Positions 33,819 through 43,814 of a stretch of DNA of 44,005 bases are shown in pieces (position 1 is the stretch's first letter; the number at the start of each line of letters is the position of its first letter). The position numbers and the translations under genes are program-made. Under the pieces are notes generated by a model. That model made no database searches. It saw only the letters and a list, made by a program, of their open reading frames with translations, and was not told where the DNA came from. Origin of the DNA: Patescibacteria group bacterium (lineage in GTDB: Bacteria > Patescibacteriota > Patescibacteriia > UBA9934); NCBI GenBank assembly GCA_038064675.1, contig JBBTSM010000008.1:167-44171 (forward strand), read 5' to 3'.

Positions 33819-36800
33819 TATGGAGTTACAGTGATTGTACCATCGTAATAAACCCATGGATCAGTGGCTCCAGTGTAATCGCCTCCTGGATAATTCGTGT
33901 AATCACATTCATTTGAGTCTTCTGTGCTCCCCCAAGATGAACCGGAGTTAAAACATGACGCCGTTCCATCATCATTTGTTGTAGCAATCGTCGAATCGCA
34001 CGTGCCACTACAGAATCCCCAGTTATCGAGCACCTGTACGCGAGGGCGGAATGTACATGATTCTCCTCCATCTTGAGTACACGGCGTGTTGTCGTAAATG
34101 CCGTCGCCGTCGGTGTCAGCACAGACGGTGATAACTTCCGTGGTATCACAGGTATAGATGTGGCTGTAGCTGAAATAATTTGGATCGCAGCTATCTGTGT
34201 TCATGCCCCAGGCGTAATCCGAATCCGTTACTGGCTTTTCACAAATCGACGTTTCTTTTCCGTCTTCCAATCCTCGATGATTTTTATAGAAGTTATCTCC
34301 TGTTTCTGATCCCTTTGCGCCCGAATCGTCGCCCCAATCAATGATAACTCGACGAAGCGGAAGCTGGTTCTTATCTGCAGCTGCAAAGAACTTCAGGTAT
34401 GCCCGATAGAATGATTCGCTCGAAACATCACCCTCATTCTGATCATTCATCGTTAAACCGTGTGTTTGATCTTCTTCACATTCATCGTTATAACAATTAT
34501 CCACGTCTACTGCCCAAACTGATGGAGGTTTTCCATTCTCAGCACGAATGTCCCAACCCGCACTTGTGTTATTGTCATTGCTTTGCGCGTCACTCATATA
34601 TGCACCGGATGTTGGCGCCTCTCGAAGCGAGAGTGAGCCGCCATATGTACTCGTTGTGTCAAAAACACCGTCGTCGTATTTTGACCAATCTAAACGTGTC
34701 GCGAACACCTCTTCGAGCAATCCATCATGGATATTTTCTGTTATTCCGTCCGCAACCCGACCAGCGGAACTCGAATCAACACCAAAGAATGAAAATGATC
34801 CGCTCGTTGCGCCGTTTGCCCAATCCACATATCCAGAAACGTCATAGTACAAGCGCGATTCTGGATCGGAGTCGTACGATGACACTACAGTAGAAAGGTT
34901 TGAGGTTGAGTATCCACTTTCAGAACACACGGCTTCTCCAGTTGCACTATCAATTTCTGGAATGACGAAACTACTCAATCCTGTACCAGAGTCAGCCTCA
35001 CACTGTGCAAATGATGTTGGGCGAGCATCGCCATAATAGTCATTTTCTATGGACTTCATTGCACCAAGAGGCACCGGCAAGGTATCAACACCATCAAGAG
35101 TATATGTGAATTTGTTCTCATCAGGAACGTAGCCTGACGTGTCCGCTTTCGAAACATCCGGCCGCAATGTCATGATGGAGTTTTCGTTCAATAATCGATC
35201 CGTCCATGGTGCGCCAATATCACCATTCAAATCGCTTGTTGCAGTTTTCACCGCCTCTCCACAGCCAAGATAATATCGAGGTTCTGCAAAGTCTAAGTTA
35301 TAGAATCCTTTATTATCAAGGAAGCCGTCAGCGATTCGCAAAGAATCTTGCGGGAATTCGTACCCTGTATATACCGCTTCAGATGTTCCAAGCATTGAGC
35401 CGGTCATGTCCGACCAATATGCTGGACCGGAAGACGATGCCGACGTTGGAATATTTGGATATTCAAATCGGTACACTTCGCGGCCCACTGAGACACACCC
35501 TTTTCGCAGTGCGATTTCCTCCGCAAATGTATCGTAATCCGCAATATAATACAGATCCGTTGTAGACCTTATCTCTGTGGAATCCGATCCAGAACTCTGG
35601 AGATCTGAAACATACACCGTGAGCGGATTTGTAGTCGTTTTGTCGTAATTTGTTGGCGGGGTGCACACACCACTCGAATCTGATGTCGTCGCTCCTTCCG
35701 GAACACAAATAAGTGGACAACTCGGTTCTCCCTGATTACACGCATCAGCATATGTACCGAGCCCATCTGATTCCTCTATTCCATCCGCATTATTCCAATC
35801 GGACATCGGAGCACCAATAACAGCATAGTATCCAACAGGACAGTACACGTCTTGATGAAGGCACAGATCTGAAACGCGAGGATCCTTTGGCGTCGTTGCT
35901 GCAGCCAAATCGTCTGCTGCGGTTCCAGATCCATTCGATATTTCCACGCAAGCTATTGAGAATTTTGTTGGATTATCCTCATCTGAAGCATCGCTCGTTG
36001 TCAGTTCATCGGCAATGTGACTCGTATACACATTCTCATACAACTTTGGATCATCACAATAATACGTATCCCCGGTATACCCAGCGCCTATGTACTTTGC
36101 GTACAAATCTGTTGATCCTTGGAGCTGATCCACCGGCAGCCATGTAACACACGCATTCAGATCACGATCCCCAAGGATGTTCGTAGATGTGTCGCGCTCC
36201 AAACAATAGCCGTCCATACCAAGCACGTCGTCGGTTTTTGTTGGATAATCGCACGTTCCTCCGCCATCAGCACACGTTGAATCTGCATTAATAATAGCGT
36301 AACGCCAATCGCTAGAACCGGAATCGTAATAGTACGTTGAGCTTGAACTGCAGAAATTTCCATCGAACGTTCCGCCATTACAAACCCCAATTGCTCCATT
36401 ATCAAATGGGAACATCGTGTCAGAACCAAAGTACTTCAAAGTTCCACCGTACGTTACCTTCTTGTAAGAACACGAACAGTCTTCCCCTTCGATGCACGTT
36501 TTTGCGTTATCAAAATTCTGCACATACGTTTCCGGCATTGAACTGTACGTCGGGTTATCTGCGTCGCTGTCATTCACATCTTTCCATGTACTCACCACAC
36601 TCGTTGGGAATGGGCTGTTGATTTCTGGGTATCCACGGCAGCTCTTTGCTTCCGCAGTTCCCGTATCGAATGTGCCACCAGTTGGTGTAAGAACGCATTC
36701 GTCGCGCATACAGGTTCCCACTTTGTAATTTACGGATGTGTAGAGCGTCTCATCGAGGGCACACACGCTGGAATCTTTGCCATTATAGTCATCGATAGCC

Positions 36801-39800
36801 GCTCCACTCCCCGCGGTTGCGCAGTAGCCGCCTAGGCAGGCTTCGCCGGTGGAACAATCCGCGCTCGAAGCACAAAGCGTGGTGGAAACGGCGTAACAGG
36901 TTCCAATCAAGCACGATCCTCCAGTTACGCCACAGCTATCGCTTGCGGCACATGGTGAGCCAGTGTTTTCGCAGTAACCAATTGAACAATTTTCACCGTA
37001 CGCAAGGTCGCAACTTCCTGCGATGAATGCCAAACGATAATCTGAATCGTCCGCGTTCGGACACAATGCGTATTCCCCTGCGGTTCCGCCACACTGTTCA
37101 TCGTCAGTACATTCCAGTCCGTTATACGAATCGCCTGGGCCGGTGTTACAGGTTCCGGAAGGCGCTGCAACATTCTTTTGCGTAAGCTGATCCACCGGAA
37201 GCGATCCTGGAATTGCGTAGCCCGAATAATCGTCACCATACCAGGAAACGTCGCGCTGAGAATACGTATCCGCATCAAGAACAACTGCCGCGTCGTCTAC
37301 TTTCCATGCCGAACAGAACGACGCGTTGCCGCTCGTGGAATATTCCGTACACAACCCGATGTCGCCACAAATCGTCTTGTAGCTATTGGTGCGCTCATCC
37401 CATGTGGTCTGTGCGTCGGAACAGCTCAACCATTCGCTACATTCGCGATCTCGGTTCACTTTGAGCACCATATTCGCATCGTTTTCCAAACGCGTTGTCG
37501 TTGTGGTGCCGTATCGTGACGCGCAGAATCCATTCACGGTTTCTCCAGATTCACTGGTGAGCGGTCGGCAATCGGAATCTTCGTAACATGATCCGTCAAA
37601 GATGTACGCGTCTCCGGTGGCGCCGTTAATGTCGTAATATGCATCCGCGTCGTACCAACAACGGTTTGCGCACAAATCAACCGTATCCCCCGATGGAGTA
37701 AGGATTGTGGACGTATTGCTACAGTCGATAGGATCCGCCATGCCATTTGGTGCACCACCAAACAACGTATCAGCGTGCTTGCTTGCCACGTATGATGCGC
37801 TCATGTTGTACGTCTTCGACGGTTCCGATGTGTCGTTAAACAATCCACAGCCTTCTTTCTGGCTCACCTGACCATTACACTTCTGACTATCTGGCAGGCT
37901 ATTGTCTTCAAGCGAATCGTTATTCAGGTAGTAATAACTCGTGCCGTCAGCGTCGCCGTACACCTGATCCGTTGAAAGATCGGTGAGATCCTGGAATTCC
38001 GAACAGCTGTCGTATTTCGTGAGACACGTTCCCACCCAGTTGTTGTAATCGTCATCCCCGTTCTTCCAAATACCCGACGTGTCGCCGCCAATAACGTATT
38101 GTGGATTGCCGTCGGCATCCGTTGCACACAGTTCATCTTCACCCGTCTTGAACCAACCGCTGTACGTGACGTTATCAATCGTAACGTCTGTGCGGTATTC
38201 ACACGTTTGATCCTGTGGTGTTTTGAAGTAATGTACCGAACTGTTCTTGTCAGTAAACGCATCACAATACAATTCTTTCTCAGAACACAATGTTGCAGCG
38301 TAATCCGCCGGAGTATTCATGAGATACGTTGCGGTCCAGCTCGCCACCGCGGTGTGGTCCTGGCTAAACACCGGCAACCCAACTTCCATACATCCGGCAA
38401 CGTCCGACGTACACTCCACATTGCTATTCACTACGAGAAACACATCTTTATCCGCTGGAGAAACAACGGTGGATGCCGCATACGACAAATGCGGCGAACG
38501 CGAGCCGCTCGCAGTGAATGTCGATGGCGGCAGGTACCAATCAAGGTTGAATTCACAGCTGGTTGACCCAACACCAATCGTACAAAGGAACTGGCTCGAT
38601 GTGTCGTATGCCGTCAATGCGCTATTCAACGCGTAGTAACACGACGTTGCCGAGAGCGCCGGTTCACCGTCGATAGTGGAACAGGAGCCGCCGTACACCG
38701 CTGCGGTCGTTGCGTCGGATTCTTGTGTCATGAAGTAGGAAGAGCAGCCAACCTGCGATTCTTCACACAATGAGCTAAAGCTCTTCAAGTCCGAAACATC
38801 ACCGTTCTGATCCGTGTATTCCTGACATCCAAGCATATACTGCGGCGACGATGTGCCTTCCACGGTTTCGTCACATTCTGCCGGAGTCACCCAAGAATCT
38901 TTGATGACGTCGATGTTATCTTCACCCTCACGAAGCACAACATTATCAATGAAGAACGTATCCGACCCAGATCCTGGCGTGAAGACGAGCGCCGTAGATC
39001 CGTCGCCAAAATTTGGATGGTCTGTGCCGTTCATATCGAGCGGACCGTATGTGTATTCATTCCAATCTGTTGCAAGATCGATAGAAGATTCGAATGCCGT
39101 TCCAATAACACCGGCACCGCTCACAACCGTTCCAAAACCCACCGACACCATTCCCGTGCCCTTTGCCCAGAAGGAAATGGTGTACGTTTTATCTGCAAAC
39201 AATTCCTGGCTCAATGTTCCACAGGAGTATTCGCCGTTCACAATGGTGCAGCTTCCGCCAAGCGCGCCGGTGGTGCTCGCGCAGCCTTCGCCGGTTGTTG
39301 CTTCTGCGCACGCTGTTGAGCTTCCGCCAACGTATGTCCACACCGATTCACCATCAGACGACAACGAATGACCGTCTGTCGCGATTGATTCGTTTGAAAG
39401 TGTGACGTCTGATGCGCTCGCCGCGTCCCAGTTGGTCAAATCACCGTTCTCAAAATATTCCGTAAAGGCCTGACGGCTATTGCGGCTACGTCCACCGGTG
39501 TATTCACGACATCCGGATTCTTTTTCTGAACATGTTGCGCTCTCGTCAGCATAGCCGTAATAACGGCATTCTGACGTGGCTGAATCGAAGAATCCTCCGG
39601 ACTCTTGGCAATTCGTCTTACCATCATCAACACCGTTTGCATCATTGTCATCACCAAATCCAACGAGATCGGTCTTTCGATACGTCACACAGGAGTTATT
39701 GACCGTAACAGTCTTCGACCACAATCGATAGTGAATAATACCGCTCGCGTCGTAAAATTCGCGGCAATCTGGGTTGGTGATGGTGTCGTCGTGTTGGTCG

Positions 39801-42800
39801 CACGATGCGCTGTCGGTTTCCAATTTGCCGGCTGTAGTTTCGTCGTCGTTACATGCAATGCCCGTTGCGGTTGCAGACCAATTCGTACATGGCGCTGACT
39901 GTGGTGCGTCGTCTGTCTCGCCGCTATCAGCATACGTCATTGGAGCATACACAGGATCGATATCCGATTCGAGCAAGTTCCAGGTCTTAATCTGATATCC
40001 AGCGGTATCTGATCCTTCCCACGTGTAAAAAACTTCTGCGCCGTCGGTAGCAATTGTATTCAAATCCGCCTGAGCCGTCGTAAGACAGGCGCGAAGATTC
40101 GTAAAGTACGATGGCGCCTCCGAAGAGATGTCGGTGAATTCATCACACCCAACTGCCTGAGCCGAACACTCATCTGCGGAATCTGGAATGAAATACACAG
40201 GGAAATCACCGTCTGGTTCGTATCTCGTCGCTTCCTGTTTAAATGTGTCGTATCCCACGCAAGATTCTGGGCATGAATCCAGGCTGTCCGTGATACCCGC
40301 AACAGAAGGATCGCCGTTCGATGGTGTGTACAAGGAGCATCCCACATCGCTTTCCGAACACACGGTTGCGTAATTCGCACAATCGGCAGGATCCGTCGCA
40401 CTATCGCCCGTACATCCAAGATACGACGGCGCAACTTTCACGTAGGCAAGGTCGAGTACGCTACCGCTGTACCCTTCGTGATAGCTCGATGCAGAGGATT
40501 CTTGTTCGAGCTGAATTTGGTCGTACCACACGTCGCCGCCAGTCAAAAAGATCGTTCCGGTGATTTCCGCAGACGTATCCGCAAGCGCAGGAACGGTGAA
40601 AGTACACGTATAGCGTTGGTAGTCCGTATCTGTTGGCGTTTCCGTAATTGCAATCGTGGCGTTTGAGAATCCCAATGCACAGTCGCCAGAAAGCGCATAT
40701 CCAGTAAGGTCGATCGTGGTTCCATCGTTTGAAGCCAGCGAAAGCCATCCATCCGTCGCCGCACCGGTTCCAGTACCCTGACGTGCATACAATGAATATG
40801 TGTATTCCGCACCCTGAGTGAGAACAATTCCCGGCTGAATGTACGCCGATGATGTGGATACTGGGTTTACCGCCGCAACGCCGCCAAGTTTTACTGAAGC
40901 ATCAATGCTATACGTCATTCCGGTTCCGGAAATGATCCAGCCATCTGGAACGCCATCGTTGTCTGCGTCGTCTTCAAACGAAGAATTCGCGACCATGTTT
41001 AACGTCGTACCGCCCGCACGAGACACTAATTCACGACATCCCGCATCAGATGCCTGACAGTCCGCAACTTCCGACGTGAAGTAGATGCGATTCTTATACA
41101 TATCGTTCGCAGCCTCGGCGGTAGCGAATGCCGGAGCCGCATCCGCGGTGTAATCTGGGAAATCGAATGTTCCCGTACCGTCGTCTACTTTCTGTGTGGC
41201 ATACCACAAACACCCCGCAGAATCGGCAGTACAATTGTCGGAATTTGTGGTGTTTGAAAGATAATCAAAGTTGTCGCCATTCGGATCTTCGTATGTCGTA
41301 CACGATGCGTAGTAGTCTGGACACTCTTCCCCGCGGAACCGCCACACATTTTCTTCACGAACGCAGTAGCCGTAGCCGCCAGTACAGTTTCCGTCGCCGT
41401 CTTCGTCAATACAACTTGGCATATCTACACAAACATCCATGCGCTCATCGGTAACTGATGCCACAAGCTGTTCGCCGTATACCAATGCCTTACATTGCGT
41501 TTCTGGGTACTTCAACACCCAGTTTGGATCGATAAGATGGCACCATGGGTGGTTGTCGTCGAGCTCACCTTGATCGCTACAGTCATTAAATGCATCGACC
41601 ACTTCACCAAGCGTCACTGGACTGTTCTCGCTATTCGCATTGGATTCTGCCGCAATTTCCCAACTCGTTGAAATAATACGTGCTTTACGAAGCTTTACGA
41701 GGTTCCCATGACAGTATCCGTAGGTATAACAGAATGGGTCTTGGTCTCGCGCGGTATCCGACGACGGAATGAGCGGCCACGAACTGTTGAGCAAACCTTC
41801 TTCAATCGCCTCAGCAATGGTAAGCGAAGATCCCGAATCTGCACGACTGACCGCGGTAACGAACGACGAATCCGCAACACAGTTGTACAACGATTTTCCC
41901 GCGGTTGGACACGCGCTGAATTCCTCGAGCTGACTGTAATTTTCTACAGAAAGCGGAGTTGCAGTAAGGAAACTGCGGAACGATTCACGAGCGTCTTCAG
42001 CGTTGCTCGATCCAACGCCCTCAACATTAAATGGATCGATCGCGGTCTGGTCGAGGCCGCTAAACAAGCCGTCGTACAGTTTCTCCGTGACCTTCGAGAG
42101 CAATGTATTTGTAAACACGGAACCCGCGTGCTTTGCAATTTGCAGCAACACTTCCTTGTCGCCGAGCGCCTGAACAGCAATTTGGTTTCGGATGCTGTCG
42201 GACGCCATCATCGTTGCATCCAAACGCTTCTGAATAAGTTCCGCAGGAGTCTCAACCTTTCCGGTAATGAAATTGGTTTTATCTTTAAAGAACCCGCCAA
42301 ACATTTCTCTCAGTGTACTATTCGCAGCATCGGTCTGCGCTTTATTGAGCACATCGCTATACAACTGAATTCCAACGGAGAGATCGTTAGACTTTGGGTT
42401 GTACATGTCGGCAAGCTTTGTGGTGATGAGCGAGTTCTTCCCAAATGGATCACTCGCCATTGTGGAAACATCGCTAATAAACCCACCCCAGTTGTCCTTC
42501 ACCGCGCTCCATTCACATGCTGGCTTTGGCCTATCAAATACGCCCTGAATACCAAATTTGAATGCGAGGGTTACACCAGACGCATTTGGTTCACACAAAC
42601 TGAAATTTCCTAAAATACCTGTGTCATCAATAGCACCGAGCGCCTCACCAGCCACAGAGGCACCATAGTCAGCGAAGTAGTCACCCGCCGTACGATTATC
42701 AAACAATGGATCATCACCGTTGCCGCCCGCGGCAATGTACACCGCGGCGTCGTAAGCCAACCGGTCCGTTGCATACGTCACGGTGTTGATCAATGCCGTG

Positions 42801-43003
42801 GAGACGGAAGCGACAAGCGCGGTTTGACCAAGGTACTTCAGTGCACTCAAAATCCATTCCGTGATACGCGGAGCGTCAGCATCAGTGCTCACCGGAATAA
42901 CGGCGTATGCGGTTTTTGGCGCAAGAATCGCCGCAGAAGAAAACGTAAAGACGGCGAGCATGAGCAACGCCGTGGCACCAAATTTTCGCAAGCGGTCCTT
43001 CAT
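33818..43003 (-). CDS. giant (3061 aa) Cys-rich secreted or surface protein with jelly-roll (CBM4_9-like) and C-terminal PKD-like segments
   Basis: A 9.2-kb uninterrupted ORF. The ATG at 43003 gives MKDRLRKFGATALLMLAVFTFSSAAILAPKTAYA, which is signal-like. It contains well over 100 Cys residues, CBM-like stretches (NSSFEDDADNDGVPDGW; FENGDLTNWDA), a Ca-binding-like CADTDGDGIYDN, and a PKD-like IIDWGDDSG...YSHIYTC. TAG stop at 33818. Confidence 0.9.
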   Translation of the reverse strand: MKDRLRKFGATALLMLAVFTFSSAAILAPKTAYAVIPVSTDADAPRITEWILSALKYLGQTALVASVSTALINTVTYATDRLAYDAAVYIAAGGNGDDPLFDNRTAGDYFADYGASVAGEALGAIDDTGILGNFSLCEPNASGVTLAFKFGIQGVFDRPKPACEWSAVKDNWGGFISDVSTMASDPFGKNSLITTKLADMYNPKSNDLSVGIQLYSDVLNKAQTDAANSTLREMFGGFFKDKTNFITGKVETPAELIQKRLDATMMASDSIRNQIAVQALGDKEVLLQIAKHAGSVFTNTLLSKVTEKLYDGLFSGLDQTAIDPFNVEGVGSSNAEDARESFRSFLTATPLSVENYSQLEEFSACPTAGKSLYNCVADSSFVTAVSRADSGSSLTIAEAIEEGLLNSSWPLIPSSDTARDQDPFCYTYGYCHGNLVKLRKARIISTSWEIAAESNANSENSPVTLGEVVDAFNDCSDQGELDDNHPWCHLIDPNWVLKYPETQCKALVYGEQLVASVTDERMDVCVDMPSCIDEDGDGNCTGGYGYCVREENVWRFRGEECPDYYASCTTYEDPNGDNFDYLSNTTNSDNCTADSAGCLWYATQKVDDGTGTFDFPDYTADAAPAFATAEAANDMYKNRIYFTSEVADCQASDAGCRELVSRAGGTTLNMVANSSFEDDADNDGVPDGWIISGTGMTYSIDASVKLGGVAAVNPVSTSSAYIQPGIVLTQGAEYTYSLYARQGTGTGAATDGWLSLASNDGTTIDLTGYALSGDCALGFSNATIAITETPTDTDYQRYTCTFTVPALADTSAEITGTIFLTGGDVWYDQIQLEQESSASSYHEGYSGSVLDLAYVKVAPSYLGCTGDSATDPADCANYATVCSESDVGCSLYTPSNGDPSVAGITDSLDSCPESCVGYDTFKQEATRYEPDGDFPVYFIPDSADECSAQAVGCDEFTDISSEAPSYFTNLRACLTTAQADLNTIATDGAEVFYTWEGSDTAGYQIKTWNLLESDIDPVYAPMTYADSGETDDAPQSAPCTNWSATATGIACNDDETTAGKLETDSASCDQHDDTITNPDCREFYDASGIIHYRLWSKTVTVNNSCVTYRKTDLVGFGDDNDANGVDDGKTNCQESGGFFDSATSECRYYGYADESATCSEKESGCREYTGGRSRNSRQAFTEYFENGDLTNWDAASASDVTLSNESIATDGHSLSSDGESVWTYVGGSSTACAEATTGEGCASTTGALGGSCTIVNGEYSCGTLSQELFADKTYTISFWAKGTGMVSVGFGTVVSGAGVIGTAFESSIDLATDWNEYTYGPLDMNGTDHPNFGDGSTALVFTPGSGSDTFFIDNVVLREGEDNIDVIKDSWVTPAECDETVEGTSSPQYMLGCQEYTDQNGDVSDLKSFSSLCEESQVGCSSYFMTQESDATTAAVYGGSCSTIDGEPALSATSCYYALNSALTAYDTSSQFLCTIGVGSTSCEFNLDWYLPPSTFTASGSRSPHLSYAASTVVSPADKDVFLVVNSNVECTSDVAGCMEVGLPVFSQDHTAVASWTATYLMNTPADYAATLCSEKELYCDAFTDKNSSVHYFKTPQDQTCEYRTDVTIDNVTYSGWFKTGEDELCATDADGNPQYVIGGDTSGIWKNGDDDYNNWVGTCLTKYDSCSEFQDLTDLSTDQVYGDADGTSYYYLNNDSLEDNSLPDSQKCNGQVSQKEGCGLFNDTSEPSKTYNMSASYVASKHADTLFGGAPNGMADPIDCSNTSTILTPSGDTVDLCANRCWYDADAYYDINGATGDAYIFDGSCYEDSDCRPLTSESGETVNGFCASRYGTTTTTRLENDANMVLKVNRDRECSEWLSCSDAQTTWDERTNSYKTICGDIGLCTEYSTSGNASFCSAWKVDDAAVVLDADTYSQRDVSWYGDDYSGYAIPGSLPVDQLTQKNVAAPSGTCNTGPGDSYNGLECTDDEQCGGTAGEYALCPNADDSDYRLAFIAGSCDLAYGENCSIGYCENTGSPCAASDSCGVTGGSCLIGTCYAVSTTLCASSADCSTGEACLGGYCATAGSGAAIDDYNGKDSSVCALDETLYTSVNYKVGTCMRDECVLTPTGGTFDTGTAEAKSCRGYPEINSPFPTSVVSTWKDVNDSDADNPTYSSMPETYVQNFDNAKTCIEGEDCSCSYKKVTYGGTLKYFGSDTMFPFDNGAIGVCNGGTFDGNFCSSSSTYYYDSGSSDWRYAIINADSTCADGGGTCDYPTKTDDVLGMDGYCLERDTSTNILGDRDLNACVTWLPVDQLQGSTDLYAKYIGAGYTGDTYYCDDPKLYENVYTSHIADELTTSDASDEDNPTKFSIACVEISNGSGTAADDLAAATTPKDPRVSDLCLHQDVYCPVGYYAVIGAPMSDWNNADGIEESDGLGTYADACNQGEPSCPLICVPEGATTSDSSGVCTPPTNYDKTTTNPLTVYVSDLQSSGSDSTEIRSTTDLYYIADYDTFAEEIALRKGCVSVGREVYRFEYPNIPTSASSSGPAYWSDMTGSMLGTSEAVYTGYEFPQDSLRIADGFLDNKGFYNLDFAEPRYYLGCGEAVKTATSDLNGDIGAPWTDRLLNENSIMTLRPDVSKADTSGYVPDENKFTYTLDGVDTLPVPLGAMKSIENDYYGDARPTSFAQCEADSGTGLSSFVIPEIDSATGEAVCSESGYSTSNLSTVVSSYDSDPESRLYYDVSGYVDWANGATSGSFSFFGVDSSSAGRVADGITENIHDGLLEEVFATRLDWSKYDDGVFDTTSTYGGSLSLREAPTSGAYMSDAQSNDNNTSAGWDIRAENGKPPSVWAVDVDNCYNDECEEDQTHGLTMNDQNEGDVSSESFYRAYLKFFAAADKNQLPLRRVIIDWGDDSGAKGSETGDNFYKNHRGLEDGKETSICEKPVTDSDYAWGMNTDSCDPNYFSYSHIYTCDTTEVITVCADTDGDGIYDNTPCTQDGGESCTFRPRVQVLDNWGFCSGTCDSTIATTNDDGTASCFNSGSSWGSTEDSNECDYTNYPGGDYTGATDPWVYYDGTITVTP

Positions 43004-43009
43004 ACGCAA

Positions 43010-43738
43010 TTACTGGGTGGTTTGGGTGGAATCCGCAGGAGGCGGCGCCGTTGCACCGGAATCCGCTGCTGCCGCCGCGTCGGCGCTTGCCGCATCGTCA
43101 ACCTGCATTTGTGTGATTGCCTGCGACAACGCCGCGCGAAGGTCGTCGTCAGACAGCGCGTTGATGGCTGTTGCGTCGCCACCAGCCTGAATAAGCAACG
43201 TCCGAATTTGATCGGTCGTCATGGATGACAATGTTGCTTCAATATCCACCGCCGTTGCAGGGGCCTCAGGTTCTGGCGTAGAACCCGCTTCGGCAGCAAT
43301 CTTCTCCGCAAAGGTTCCCTGAAGTGTTGCCGGATTCACCGTGTCTGCGACAGCTGCAGCGCATGGCATATTTGCTGCGCAGTTTGGATCGTCGCCGTGA
43401 GCGACTTCTGCCTTATCTTCAGCTCCATCACTATCGGAATCCTTCAAATACGGACTGGTTTTATAAATGTACAGCTCACTGTAGTCGTCTAAACCATCTG
43501 TATCGGTATCTTGTTTCTTCAATGTTTCCATCTCCTGTTGCTGCTTTTCATCGCCCGTTAAAAACTTTGGTCCAACGTATGAAACGACAAATGGAGAAGC
43601 AATGTGCTTCCACAAGAAAAACACCCCAAAAATAAGTGCGAGCGACCCAAAGCCGACCACCATACCCAATCCCGTTTTTTGTTCACGGTTCAGGATGGCT
43701 TTTTTTCGCGTGATGATAATTCTTTCTCCCTCCGCCAT
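43010..43738 (-). CDS. membrane-anchored protein with thrombospondin-type-3-like acidic Ca-binding repeats
   Basis: TM helix GLGMVVGFGSLALIFGVFFLW, followed by DTDTDGLDDYSE...DSDSDGAEDKAE. Its stop lies 6 nt before the giant gene's ATG. Start placed at ATG 43738. Confidence 0.8.
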   Translation of the reverse strand: MAEGERIIITRKKAILNREQKTGLGMVVGFGSLALIFGVFFLWKHIASPFVVSYVGPKFLTGDEKQQQEMETLKKQDTDTDGLDDYSELYIYKTSPYLKDSDSDGAEDKAEVAHGDDPNCAANMPCAAAVADTVNPATLQGTFAEKIAAEAGSTPEPEAPATAVDIEATLSSMTTDQIRTLLIQAGGDATAINALSDDDLRAALSQAITQMQVDDAASADAAAAADSGATAPPPADSTQTTQ

Positions 43739-43814
43739 ACGCAATATCGTATGACAAGTATATCACTGAGAGGGGGTGAATACCGATCTTGTATACACAG
43801 GAACACGGAGGTGT

